Source of the DNA: Candidatus Thorarchaeota archaeon SMTZ1-45 | GTDB taxonomy: Archaea > Asgardarchaeota > Thorarchaeia > Thorarchaeales > Thorarchaeaceae | Direction of reading: 5' to 3' | DNA: 48,502 bases | Assembly: GCA_001563335.1 (NCBI GenBank) | Contig: LRSL01000054.1 | Location: 1 to 48,502 of the forward strand | Shown: one piece after another, positions 20,313 to 30,105 of the stretch | Numbering within the stretch: position 1 is the first letter of the stretch | Layout of the letters: each line of letters opens with the position of its first letter | The notes under the pieces: generated by a model | Seen by the model: the letters and a program-made list of their open reading frames with translations, nothing else | What the model was told of the DNA's origin: nothing | The model's database searches: none | Translations under genes and position numbers: made by a program

Positions 20313-20693
20313 CTACTCGTCGTCAGCAGTTCTGAATCTTATCTGTCGCCCATCTCGAAACTTTATGAGATGACCATCATCTACAAGCTTGTTCAGAACT
20401 TCACTGGTTCTTGATCGGGATCTTCCCCATTTCTCAGCCAACTCCGTGGCTGTGAGTCCTAGATCCTCCTTCTGAAGGAGGTTCACAAGTCTGGACCAGC
20501 TAATGTCTCCTTCTAAACAGTTACCAGGATCGCTGAAGACATTGTACTGCCCTGAGTCATAAGGAGAACCCGCATCTGAGGTATGTTTCAACCTGCTGGT
20601 GAGCTCTACTATGGTGTCTTTTAGAGTGTAAACAGTCTGTTTCAACTCGTGAACTTCCTTTCGAAGCTCTTTCAACTCCTTATTTTCAGTCAT
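20313..20693 (-). CDS. Coiled-coil plus winged-helix DNA-binding protein
   Basis: N-terminal heptads (LKELRKEVHELKQTVYTLKDTIVEL) and C-terminal GLTATELAEKWGRSRSRTSEVLNKLVDDGHL...RDGR wHTH. Confidence 0.8.
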   Translation of the reverse strand: MTENKELKELRKEVHELKQTVYTLKDTIVELTSRLKHTSDAGSPYDSGQYNVFSDPGNCLEGDISWSRLVNLLQKEDLGLTATELAEKWGRSRSRTSEVLNKLVDDGHLIKFRDGRQIRFRTADDE

Positions 20694-20707
20694 GATACAT
20701 CTCCTTC

Positions 20708-21055
20708 TTAGCTCTTTTCATAGTCTGGACGGAACTCGATATAGTTCCTTCTTTTCTTCTTCTTCTCCAGACAATCTTTAATCTCATCAACTTCGAAGTC
20801 CAATTCCTGAGTGGGCTTGTAGTTTTCCATTTCCTCCAATCTGCCCTTTCTACTCAATATTACTTCCGTTTCACCAGGTAGAATATTGACTTTCTTACCA
20901 TCTTTCCTATCACTAGGTTTAGATGTGGTGGATGAAACAGACATATCGAGTAATTCATATTCAGACTTCTTCATCCGAAGGATATTGTCGAGAATTTCCC
21001 TTGTTTCCTTCATACAACGGTCTCGTTTATGCTGGTATGTCATCGTGTCCGACAA
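20708..21055 (-). CDS. Hypothetical charged protein
   Basis: 115-aa ORF filling the gap between trmI and the wHTH gene, with a TATA-like TTATATA about 45 bp upstream. Confidence 0.6.
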   Translation of the reverse strand: MSDTMTYQHKRDRCMKETREILDNILRMKKSEYELLDMSVSSTTSKPSDRKDGKKVNILPGETEVILSRKGRLEEMENYKPTQELDFEVDEIKDCLEKKKKRRNYIEFRPDYEKS

Positions 21056-21131
21056 CCGTCAACAACAATCAACAATAAACACATAATGGTCTCTTGAGTA
21101 TATAAGCCTTTGGTAAAATACGTCTTGTCTG

Positions 21132-21914
21132 CTATCCGTCTACGTACATAGTCCTGGCAAAGGTTATGTATCCTGTATGAGCGACCATCCATGTCGTGGG
21201 TCGCGTCTTGTTCTCACGCACCATTATCTCTCGCTCCAGAATCTCAAGAGTCTTTATCATGCCCCATTTCCCACCTTCTCCGAGTGCCTTACACGTCTTC
21301 ATGGTTTGCTCTATGGTTGGACTATAACTCGCGATATATCGACTTGGTCGCAACACACGATGTGCCTCATCTGTGATCTCCCATGGCGTGGCAAGATCGA
21401 GAACCACTGCATCAAGATTGTCTTCTTTTATGCCCTCCAGAATATCCTGATTGTGCATTGTGATGTTCTCGATGAGTCCATACTTTTCTAGATTCTTCTT
21501 TGCCCCATTATACATGTCTTCCCTGATTTCATAAGTGTAGACATGACCAGATGGTCCTACAGCTCGAGCGAGGATGCCAGTTAATGCTCCAGAACCTGTA
21601 CCAGATTCAACAACTCGAGCTCCTGCACCAATAGCAGCTTCAATAAGTATAGTTCCTGTATCCTTGGGATAGACAATCTGTGTGTTTCTGCCCATTGCAA
21701 TCTGAATGTCTGTGGGACTAGGTCTGTGGATCTGGAATATGATCCCTGAGTGACTCTCAATTTTTATTCCATAGGGTCTACCAATCAGGTCATCGAACTT
21801 AATTATTCCCCTATTGGAATGAAATTCCTCACCTGCTACAACTTTCCGTATCCAGTTTCGTTTTGCATCAAGGAATATGAAGACATGACTGCCTTCTTGA
21901 ATCTGGTCTTGCAT
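21132..21914 (-). CDS. trmI: tRNA (adenine-57/58-N1)-methyltransferase
   Basis: RNTQIVYPKD, VVESGTGSGALT, YEIRED, VLDLATPW, YSPTIEQ and RP...MVAHTGYI. Confidence 0.95.
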   Translation of the reverse strand: MQDQIQEGSHVFIFLDAKRNWIRKVVAGEEFHSNRGIIKFDDLIGRPYGIKIESHSGIIFQIHRPSPTDIQIAMGRNTQIVYPKDTGTILIEAAIGAGARVVESGTGSGALTGILARAVGPSGHVYTYEIREDMYNGAKKNLEKYGLIENITMHNQDILEGIKEDNLDAVVLDLATPWEITDEAHRVLRPSRYIASYSPTIEQTMKTCKALGEGGKWGMIKTLEILEREIMVRENKTRPTTWMVAHTGYITFARTMYVDG

Positions 21915-22019
21915 GATGTGCCACTAATGAACTGATGTTTTGAGTTTTGCTGACAACCCATTCTTCCTATAATTGGTGCCGCGCGCAACTACAAAGCTTT
22001 ATTCGAAGTCAGATTTGAG

Positions 22020-24209
22020 TTGTCCAGAGGTGTTCATTTGAGAAAACCATCCACGCCAGATGAAGACGAGATTGACGCCGCCAGCCAAACAGACAAACCA
22101 GTGGATCTTCTACCTAAGTCCGCGCTTCCGTACCATCCTCGTGTAAGCGACCCACTTGATCTGCTTGTTGATCTTAGCGTTGGTGTCGTACTAGGTCGCT
22201 CAGAATCATTCCACAGAAAATACCATACTGGTGGTCTAGGAACTATAGGAGGTGTCGCTGAAACTTCCGATGATATCCTCACTTCATTGATGGGAATGCC
22301 TGTCACTCTTGATCTAATGAGCCCTCATGTTATGTTTGTTGCTGGAAAGAGAGGCTCAGGGAAGAGCTACACTCTAGGAATAATCGCTGAAGAACTGGCT
22401 CTTGCGATGGAACGAAGGGAGATTGAGGTTGCCGTAGTCGTCGTGGACACTGTGGATGTCTTCAGACAGATGGTTGACGCGAATGACGAACAGGTTGACC
22501 TCCTGAAGAAATGGAACCTTGAAGCCAAGGGTTTCTCTGTCGCAGTATACATTCCACGAAGGACCTATGTAGGACTTCCAGATGAGGTCAAGAAGAAGGC
22601 TCGATTGTTCCCCCTATCCATTGGACCAAGAGAATTGACTGTTTCAGACTGGAGTTATGTGCTTGAGAAGGGAGGATCTTTGAGTACTACCATGGAGAAC
22701 CTCATTGGAGAGACCTTGGAAAGCGTTCGAAAGGGATATACACTCGCCTCTGGTGAAAAAGTACCCCTCAAGCGTGACTTCAGCATCAAAGATATGATTC
22801 AGTGTATCGAGTCCAACCCTGCAATAGAAGAGCTCTATAAGCCCGCAACAAAAACAGCGCTTATACAGCCATTGAAACGCGCTGATAGATTAGGAGTCTT
22901 CCATCCTGGAGGAACTAGTGCGCAAGACCTTGCGGTCGCTGGACAGATTACAGTGATTGATGTTGCCCCTCTTGGGTCTGATGCAGAAGCTGTACTAGCC
23001 ATTTTGACTAATATGCTCTGTCGACAAGTTTTGACATATAGAATGGCTTGGACTGATGAGGGGACCAGCGCTCGTGAAGAACTACCTCCCACATGGTTGA
23101 TTATCGATGAAGCACACACACTTGTTCCAAGAGGTGGGAACACTCCTGCGAAGGATGCCATCATCGGATATGCTAAACTTGGTCGTAGATTTGGTTGCAG
23201 TCTTGTCCTCTGCACGCAGCAACCCTCTGCGGTTTCTGACGATGCCATATCACAGGCTGACATCATCATTTCACACTCTCTCTCACATGATAATGACATC
23301 AGAGCGCTCCAACAGAGGGCTCCAGCTGTGATGCCTGACCAGTTCCGGGATAAGGTATTCATCAGTAGTCTGCCTCGTGGTGTTGCTCTTGTTTTTGATC
23401 AATGTACGGAAAACAAACGAGGGTTTATCATGCAGGTGAAACCTCGCCTTTCACGACACGGGGGAACTGATAGACTCTCTGGACTTTTTGAAGCAGTACG
23501 TCTTCTTATTCCTGAAGATATTGAAGACGAAACTGAACCCGAAGTAGAAGAAGAAGAACTTGAGGTGGTTGAAGAGGAGCCTATTGAAGACCTTCCAGAG
23601 GTCCCGAGACCACCACTAAAGCTCAGTAAGGAGGACTGGAAGGTTCTTGATGGCTGGATGAAGGACTACATCAAGACACTATTCGATCAAGAAAAGCAAG
23701 AATATGATATTATTGATGAATCTGCACCTCGTATAGAAGAACCTCCTCTAGAGCCAATGTCAACTTCTATGGAATGGGAGCTAGAGAGAGTACCAATTAC
23801 CGAGCTTGATACTGACCAGATTCGAATACATAAATTCGGTCCCCTGTCCGCACTTCTCCTTGGGAAGGCCATGACCAGACAGGTCCTTTACAGTCGAGCT
23901 TCTCACGAATTCCTTTTCACATCCGAGAAGGATGTACGAGAAACCTGTCTTGTGGAAAGAGATAGCGGGGACCCGCTTGAACTTATAGAAGATGTGACCT
24001 CTGCGCTGATATCTGCTGGCTTGACATTGGATGAACTAATTCATGAGCATAATTTCACCTTCGTGTGCTTCAGAATGGATGACCTGAGGGTTGCGTTCAC
24101 GGTGGGAACCAGCGAAGAGAAAGTGTCTATTCCTGTTGTTATTATTGGCAGTAATAGGAGCAAAGTTGGGAAGCTTGCAGGTCAAATCAGAGGCATCCTG
24201 CCCTCTTAG
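22020..24209 (+). CDS. HerA/FtsK-superfamily ATPase (DUF87-like) with acidic linker and extra C-terminal domain
   Basis: PHVMFVAGKRGSGKS (Walker A), VVVDT, WLIIDEAH (Walker B), GRRFG (Arg finger) and TQQPS. Confidence 0.88.
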   Translation: MSRGVHLRKPSTPDEDEIDAASQTDKPVDLLPKSALPYHPRVSDPLDLLVDLSVGVVLGRSESFHRKYHTGGLGTIGGVAETSDDILTSLMGMPVTLDLMSPHVMFVAGKRGSGKSYTLGIIAEELALAMERREIEVAVVVVDTVDVFRQMVDANDEQVDLLKKWNLEAKGFSVAVYIPRRTYVGLPDEVKKKARLFPLSIGPRELTVSDWSYVLEKGGSLSTTMENLIGETLESVRKGYTLASGEKVPLKRDFSIKDMIQCIESNPAIEELYKPATKTALIQPLKRADRLGVFHPGGTSAQDLAVAGQITVIDVAPLGSDAEAVLAILTNMLCRQVLTYRMAWTDEGTSAREELPPTWLIIDEAHTLVPRGGNTPAKDAIIGYAKLGRRFGCSLVLCTQQPSAVSDDAISQADIIISHSLSHDNDIRALQQRAPAVMPDQFRDKVFISSLPRGVALVFDQCTENKRGFIMQVKPRLSRHGGTDRLSGLFEAVRLLIPEDIEDETEPEVEEEELEVVEEEPIEDLPEVPRPPLKLSKEDWKVLDGWMKDYIKTLFDQEKQEYDIIDESAPRIEEPPLEPMSTSMEWELERVPITELDTDQIRIHKFGPLSALLLGKAMTRQVLYSRASHEFLFTSEKDVRETCLVERDSGDPLELIEDVTSALISAGLTLDELIHEHNFTFVCFRMDDLRVAFTVGTSEEKVSIPVVIIGSNRSKVGKLAGQIRGILPS

Positions 24210-24276
24210 AGGTCAAATTGCCCCCAATGCTTGCCCTTATAAGGCTCTGAAAGCAGTCCGCACAACGGTGCAAGAA

Positions 24277-24636
24277 ATGACTCGGGAAGATATTCAACCT
24301 CCAGTCAATCTGAAGATTGCCTCAATGATAGACTTGGCTCGAATGCTCGTTTCGTGGTCACAGAGAGACCGACCTGCAAGTATGCTATATTTTGAGCATA
24401 ATGGAAAGCACATCTACGGGACACTCATTTCCAATCATGGTTATTATCAGTACTATGGAATGCCTTTATGGGTTCATGCAGAAGGTGATAGTCCGCCTAA
24501 GGGTAGTTTCTTAGCTTACAAAGCTCGACCAAAAGAAGCCTTGGACTGGGTTGACAATCTCGAAGGATCAGAACCAATGACCGTTCACCTTCCCATCATT
24601 AAGTTGGCTGGGAAGCTTGATATTCTTGATTTCTAG
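24277..24636 (+). CDS. Conserved-looking archaeal hypothetical protein
   Basis: Start trimmed to the ATG at 24277. The pattern P..LKIASMIDLAR...GYYQYYGMP...F.AY...LPIIKL recalls small TACK-archaeal hypotheticals (from memory, unverified). Confidence 0.65.
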   Translation: MTREDIQPPVNLKIASMIDLARMLVSWSQRDRPASMLYFEHNGKHIYGTLISNHGYYQYYGMPLWVHAEGDSPPKGSFLAYKARPKEALDWVDNLEGSEPMTVHLPIIKLAGKLDILDF

Positions 24637-24746
24637 AATCAACTCCGAAATTGCACTATAAGCGATCTCTCAGGAAATAGTTTTGTCTTATATGTACACA
24701 TCATTGAGTTCATAGGCAAATCTGTTTCGTGAAACATTGTTGATTT

Positions 24747-26687
24747 TTGGTTTTAGAGGTGCTCTATTTGGTTTCCAGTGATGAAGCTACTCCCCAGGCA
24801 GCGAGGGTGGCACTGAAGAGGGATATCGGCTGGTTTGGATCCTTCTCCATGGGTTACGCTGATGTAGGTGCAGACATCTATGTAGCCTTAGGCTTAGTCG
24901 CTGCTTATGCAGCTGGGTGGGCACCCGTGGCTTTCATCATCGCCTCAATCACATATATCGCAACAGGTCTGGCATATGCTGAGCTGGCTACTGCATATCC
25001 CTATGCTGGTGGTGCTCAAGTTTATTCAATGAAGGCATTCAATGACTTTGCAGGATTCCTCGCAGGATGGCTTGTTATGCTAGATTATACTGTCTGCACA
25101 GCACTCTTCGCTATCGCTACAACTGGATACCTTACCTTCTTCTTTCCAATCCTAGCACAGACAAGTTTCATTATTTCAATTCTGGGTCTTGAATTCACTG
25201 TCAGCGCCATTGGCCTCTTTGCATTTGTGATGGTGATACTTCTCATTAGTATCAACATTATGGGGATAAAAGAGGCATCCAATCTCAATATCACTATGGT
25301 TGGACTCAATATTGGCGTGCTTTCCATAATTATCATTCTGGGAATACTGCTATCCTTCAATGCTGGTCTATTCAGCACTCAAGTTGTGATTCGTGGATTG
25401 CCTGATCAAGTTGGACACATCTCCTATATCTGGAGTGCTGACTATAGCAATCAAAACTTCCTCTATGCGGTAACCTTGGCAATGAGCTCATTCATAGGCA
25501 TAGAATCGATAGCACAGGCTGCTGAGGAAACAAAGCGTCCTGACAGAATCATCCCTCGTGCTACTAAGATGTCAATTATCTCAGTTCTTGTCTTTGCTGT
25601 GGGTCTTTCTCTCATAAGTCTTGGAATGATTCCATGGGATACACTGGCTGCAAACCTATCAAATCCCATCTCTGCTCTAGTCCAGACCATTCCCTTTTTT
25701 GGTCAGTCAGTGTATTTTCTCGCAATCATTGCATTCACCGGGTTTGCGATTTGCCTAGTTTCTTCAAACACGGGAATCATTGGTGTTTCACGCGTGGTTT
25801 TTTCGATGAGCAACTTTGGATTGTTTCCTCAATGGTTTTCGCAGGTCAATCCAAAGACAAGAACTCCAATCAGAACGATTATTGTATTTGGTGCTATTGG
25901 TGCTTTGATGGCTCTCATCGGGCACTTGGACTGGGTTGCAGATCTCTACAACTTTGGTGCTCTTCTCTCCTATCTGATGGTCAACATCTCTCTCATCGTC
26001 TTACGCCATACCGACCGTGAAACCTATCGTTCTTGGAAAGTGCCATTTTCTTTCCAACTGAATATAAGAGGCACAAGATATGAGATTCCTCTTCCAAGTT
26101 TTCTTGGGATTATCGCATGTTCTTCTATCTGGATTTTGGTGGTACTATTCCATCCAATGGGTAGGCTCTTGGGTTTCAGCTGGATGGGGATTGGAATCCT
26201 AATTTACACCTTACACCGACGTCATATTGGTAAACCGTTCTTGAGTAGGGATATTGGCTCAATGATCAAACCAATGACATACAAGATGAATGCTCTAGTG
26301 CTTCTTCGTCCTGAAGAGAAGGAGGAAGTGGCTGAATCGATCTCCAGTAGTCTGGATGCAAGATTTCGCCTAACTCTGATGAGCATAATCTCAACAGACA
26401 AGTGGGAATTGTCTCTTTCCAAGGCTGATGAGTATAGACGACTCCTTGAATCAGATCTCAAGGAGATTGCTTCAAACCTTGAGTCATCAGGATTCGAAAC
26501 AGAGTCAAATGTGCAATTGGGCTCATTAAAAAGAATCGTAGCGGAGGCGGCTGTTTCGGAAAAATACGATTTCATTGTGTTGCTACGTGGAAAGGTGTTT
26601 AAGAAAGGAAAGCGAAATGGCTTCGAGGATATGATATCCTTTGTTTCTACTGTGGCTCCTGGCAAACTTATGGTGGTGCGCAGATAA
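24747..26687 (+). CDS. APC-superfamily permease with C-terminal USP-like cytoplasmic domain
   Basis: LKRDIG, GLAYAELATAYPYAGGAQVY, FIGIESIAQAAEETKRP and SRVVFSMS..G..P motifs, about 12 TMs, and a soluble alpha/beta tail. The start may be the TTG at 24768. Confidence 0.9.
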   Translation: MVLEVLYLVSSDEATPQAARVALKRDIGWFGSFSMGYADVGADIYVALGLVAAYAAGWAPVAFIIASITYIATGLAYAELATAYPYAGGAQVYSMKAFNDFAGFLAGWLVMLDYTVCTALFAIATTGYLTFFFPILAQTSFIISILGLEFTVSAIGLFAFVMVILLISINIMGIKEASNLNITMVGLNIGVLSIIIILGILLSFNAGLFSTQVVIRGLPDQVGHISYIWSADYSNQNFLYAVTLAMSSFIGIESIAQAAEETKRPDRIIPRATKMSIISVLVFAVGLSLISLGMIPWDTLAANLSNPISALVQTIPFFGQSVYFLAIIAFTGFAICLVSSNTGIIGVSRVVFSMSNFGLFPQWFSQVNPKTRTPIRTIIVFGAIGALMALIGHLDWVADLYNFGALLSYLMVNISLIVLRHTDRETYRSWKVPFSFQLNIRGTRYEIPLPSFLGIIACSSIWILVVLFHPMGRLLGFSWMGIGILIYTLHRRHIGKPFLSRDIGSMIKPMTYKMNALVLLRPEEKEEVAESISSSLDARFRLTLMSIISTDKWELSLSKADEYRRLLESDLKEIASNLESSGFETESNVQLGSLKRIVAEAAVSEKYDFIVLLRGKVFKKGKRNGFEDMISFVSTVAPGKLMVVRR

Positions 26688-26953
26688 TGTCGAAGATACG
26701 TGTCATACTCAACATAACAATAGAGTCGAGAGACCTCGATGATGTTTCAAAAGCTCTCGCGGAATTACCTGAGGTTGCTGATGTCTATGAAGTGACTGGA
26801 GAGTCCGACATAGTGGCAATCGTAGAGGCTGATGATGTGGTAGACTTCAGAAACATGTTGAAGAATAAAATTCTGAAGATTGATGGTGTGAAAACCACTG
26901 TTTCAAGCGTCATCATGTATATTCACAAGAAAGATGGTGAAAGTGTAGACTAG
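26687..26953 (+). CDS. Stand-alone Lrp/AsnC ligand-binding (RAM) domain protein
   Basis: L..LPEV..VYEVTGESDIVAIV...ILKIDGVKTT; no HTH. Confidence 0.88.
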   Translation: MSKIRVILNITIESRDLDDVSKALAELPEVADVYEVTGESDIVAIVEADDVVDFRNMLKNKILKIDGVKTTVSSVIMYIHKKDGESVD

Positions 26954-26969
26954 TTTAGGAGGGCGATAT

Positions 26970-27398
26970 ATGGGCACTATCGATGATGCGGTTCTGATGC
27001 CAGTTTCAGGTCAGATTGAGTATTCCGACATGGTCGCAGCGATGCTACCACTCTTAAAGTTCCAAACAAGTCATATCACATTACTTCATGTCATTGAAGC
27101 TCCTGTATCCACTCCCCTCGAATCTGAGGGCATGGATGAGATATTCAGAGAAGCAGAAACGAAAGTTCAACCATTACAAGACTGGTTAAACAAGCAAGGA
27201 TATATTGCTGAGATAAAGCTCGTTACTGCTCGCGATGTGTCATCTGCAATAGCTGAAGAGGCCGGCACCTCAAAGTATTCCATGATATTCATGATGAAGC
27301 GACGTAGGAAAAAGGGTATTCTTGGACTCTTTTCAAAGAGCGTTACTGAATCTGTGATTCGAAATGTGGATTGTCCAGTTGTGACTATTCTTGTTTAG
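26970..27398 (+). CDS. Universal stress protein (UspA family)
   Basis: VLMPVSG, ITLLHVIE and SVTESVIRNVDCPVVTI. Confidence 0.88.
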   Translation: MGTIDDAVLMPVSGQIEYSDMVAAMLPLLKFQTSHITLLHVIEAPVSTPLESEGMDEIFREAETKVQPLQDWLNKQGYIAEIKLVTARDVSSAIAEEAGTSKYSMIFMMKRRRKKGILGLFSKSVTESVIRNVDCPVVTILV

Positions 27399-27504
27399 AT
27401 AGTAATCTGATTATTCTGTAGTCAAATCATCATCGAGTCGTTGTGGATGTTTGACAAATTGTGTGAGTTTGTAGGTCCTTTTCAAGGTCTATCAGTACAC
27501 AATC

Positions 27505-27672
27505 TTGGTGTACAAGTTGTGTGACAAGATCAAGCTGAAAAGCGGTGCTAGTTGGCAGACTCTTCGCAAAGCAAGCAAGCAGGACCTTGCGGCTGGTGAG
27601 ATGGTTGTGGTCTGTCCTCGATGTCATGTGGCCTTCGTAGTAAAGGATAAAGAAATGGAAATAGCAGTTTAA
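27505..27672 (+). CDS. Possible 55-aa small protein with a CPRC motif (below the ORF-track cutoff)
   Basis: Manual translation from TTG/GTG gives MVYKLCDKIKLKSGASWQTLRKASKQDLAAGEMVVVCPRCHVAFVVKDKEMEIAV*. Confidence 0.35.
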   Translation: MVYKLCDKIKLKSGASWQTLRKASKQDLAAGEMVVVCPRCHVAFVVKDKEMEIAV

Positions 27673-27723
27673 AATGTTAAGACTATGATTATTTTCCATG
27701 GATCTAGCTCACTTTTGAAAACC

Positions 27724-27912
27724 TTATTCTCTTTCTTTTCTACTTCTAACATAATAGATCAAATAGATTGAATCAATGATGACCAAGATAATTACACCCG
27801 CAATAAAAATCAGTCCAAATCCTATGACCAATCCCAGTGTTACAAGACAAATTATACCAACTGTGATTATGATTATGTCTGTAATGGAAAATCGAGTTCC
27901 TAGTACTTTCAT
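27724..27912 (-). CDS. Small 2-TM membrane protein
   Basis: 62 aa with a long Ile-rich hydrophobic hairpin and basic C-terminus (RSRKERE); locally AT-rich. Confidence 0.5.
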   Translation of the reverse strand: MKVLGTRFSITDIIIITVGIICLVTLGLVIGFGLIFIAGVIILVIIDSIYLIYYVRSRKERE

Positions 27913-27983
27913 AATTGAAACTCGCCTTGTTCTAATATAGCTGGATTTGCATTTAGGTTCTTACACAAACCCAATCCCAGCTA

Positions 27984-29042
27984 TCAATGAATCTCTCGCG
28001 AAGATGCTCTGAGATAGCTGACACTAGTTAGCGCCGCATAGACCAAGAATGCAAGCCAGATAATTGCTGTAATTAGCAGCAGGTCTGTCTTAAAGAACAA
28101 CTCAACAACTAAGAAGAGACCTATCACAAACAGGTTTGAAACTCCACCTATTGTCGTGTCATTCTGGACCTTGAGGACAAATTTCACGATATACATGATC
28201 CCAACTATTGACAACGAAATCCAGTTTATGATGCTGGTGAACAGAATGGATTGATTCAAGAATGGAATTGTGCCTAGTGGAGTAGGGATCGGTGGAAGAT
28301 ATAGAATCAGAAACACCATGAAGAGGATGAACTCCAGAAGGCGTATCCATCCTGCGGGTGTTTTAGTGTAAACCTCACCATAAAGCCCCCTGTCATATTC
28401 TTGTGCTCCAAAGTAGATGAAATAGATGGGTGCTCCAAAACTAAGTGCGTTGACCAAGCATTGAGCGAAACCATATACAACCTGTAACCAAAACGACTCC
28501 CATGTCGCTAGTATGTATTCCCAAACATCTAAGTAGCTTGGAAGGAACTCAAGCATAACGAAGGTGGGAAGTATGCAAAGGGCAAGCGCTCCGAGTACAG
28601 CAAGTGCTGCTCCAGGCTTGCCACCACCGAACTTTCCTATACCAATCCTGTAAAACACAGTTCCTGCGACAAAGAGGCCAAGTATAATCGCCAAGGGTGG
28701 AGTAGTCATTGGCAATACAAACAGCATAAGCACGAAAGCCGCGTTGATTCCATAGAACACCCGCCATCTGAGTGGAACACTAGAAATGGTCTCATCCATT
28801 ATGTGTACTGTATTTGCCAACCTATACCGTTGATAGTAGATCAGTCCAAGCCATGGTGCAGAGAATACAATTGGGACTGCAATGTAGTGGAAAAGCCAAT
28901 CAAGCAGTGTATCTCCAAATGGCATCATTTGTGGTATGAATAGCATTAGTAAAAAGAAATAAACTGGCCCAATTATTGCGAGCAGGACGACTGCAACCCG
29001 TGTGGCTATCCAATCCGGACTCACTTTGACTTCTCCATGCAT
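27984..29042 (-). CDS. Hypothetical polytopic membrane protein
   Basis: 352 aa with about 9-10 hydrophobic segments and no recognised motif. Confidence 0.75.
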   Translation of the reverse strand: MHGEVKVSPDWIATRVAVVLLAIIGPVYFFLLMLFIPQMMPFGDTLLDWLFHYIAVPIVFSAPWLGLIYYQRYRLANTVHIMDETISSVPLRWRVFYGINAAFVLMLFVLPMTTPPLAIILGLFVAGTVFYRIGIGKFGGGKPGAALAVLGALALCILPTFVMLEFLPSYLDVWEYILATWESFWLQVVYGFAQCLVNALSFGAPIYFIYFGAQEYDRGLYGEVYTKTPAGWIRLLEFILFMVFLILYLPPIPTPLGTIPFLNQSILFTSIINWISLSIVGIMYIVKFVLKVQNDTTIGGVSNLFVIGLFLVVELFFKTDLLLITAIIWLAFLVYAALTSVSYLRASSREIH

Positions 29043-29140
29043 TCGTTTTCTTGATTTAGATATAAGTGTACACGAGATTTATTTAGTAGGACAGTGAGCG
29101 TGTACCCAAACCATTAGAGCATGGAATAGGTGAGATTCGC

Positions 29141-29923
29141 GTGTATAAAAGAAAACTTACCGCATCGAGTTTTGTGAGAAAAAGCAAACTGATTATTGGT
29201 CTTGATTTGACTGCTGAGATGGCGGGAAAGAATGAAGCTGCAATTAAGGTCGAGAAGGAACGACTAGAGAAGGAGGCTCTTCGAATAATATCTCTAACAG
29301 CTGAGCATGCAGTTGCTTTCAAGATCAATCGTCATCTGATTCTACCAGTTGGTCTCTTCGACGGAATTCCACGTATCATAAAAGCTATTCATGATGCTGG
29401 GATTACTGCGATTGCAGATGTTAAGCTCAATGATATAGGAAACACCAACAAGACTATTGCAAAGTACTATTTCGATGCAGGCTTTGATGCGCTTATTGTG
29501 AATCCCCTTGTTGGAATGGAGGGTGGTCTCGATAGTGTGTTTGAGATGGCTCTAAACAGGAAGCGCGGAATCATCACGTTATGTTACATGTCTCATCCAG
29601 GAGCGAGGGAGGGATATGGACTCTATGTTTCTCCGGATGGTAAGAAGAAACCAGAGCCCTTCTACCACCATTTTGCTCGAATAGCTAGGAAGTGGGACAC
29701 TGATGGTGTGATAGTTGGAGCCACGTATCCAGAAATAATCACTGAGGTCCGAGAGGTCTTAGGTTCAGAGATTCCAATCTTGAGTCCTGGGGTTGGTGCG
29801 CAGGGTGGAGATGCTCGGGCTGCCATTGATGCAGGTGCTGACTTCGTTATTGTTGTGCGATCGATTATTGAAGCTGCTGATCCTGCAGCCGCAGCTGCTC
29901 AATTTGCCGCAGAAACTCGATAA
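29141..29923 (+). CDS. pyrF: Orotidine-5'-phosphate decarboxylase
   Basis: IIGLD, AFK, ADVKLNDIGNT (DxKxxDIxxT), MSHPG, VGATYP and SPGVGAQGG. Confidence 0.95.
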   Translation: MYKRKLTASSFVRKSKLIIGLDLTAEMAGKNEAAIKVEKERLEKEALRIISLTAEHAVAFKINRHLILPVGLFDGIPRIIKAIHDAGITAIADVKLNDIGNTNKTIAKYYFDAGFDALIVNPLVGMEGGLDSVFEMALNRKRGIITLCYMSHPGAREGYGLYVSPDGKKKPEPFYHHFARIARKWDTDGVIVGATYPEIITEVREVLGSEIPILSPGVGAQGGDARAAIDAGADFVIVVRSIIEAADPAAAAAQFAAETR

Positions 29924-30105
29924 ACAACTGTTTGTGCAGATGCACATTATGAACGTTCACTTTTGTACATTACAGCTCGGAAGGGCACAATAAAATGATT
30001 TCCGATGTGGAAAAGAATAAAGGATAATTTACGAAGTTCATGTACAGAAGTGTTCATGCTTCGTGATTTGGGGATTAGCTGCAAATCCTCCGGAGCGAGT
30101 AGATA

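Noticed and set aside
27430-27699. 89-aa minus-strand ORF
   Set aside because: Atypical composition and no motif; the opposite-strand CPRC ORF is at least as plausible.
29850-29865. PyrF reads VIVVRSI rather than the usual VGRSI
   Set aside because: A single-base difference (GTG vs GGG) could be a variant or consensus error. The catalytic DxKxxD and phosphate-binding Arg are intact, so it was not called a pseudogene.
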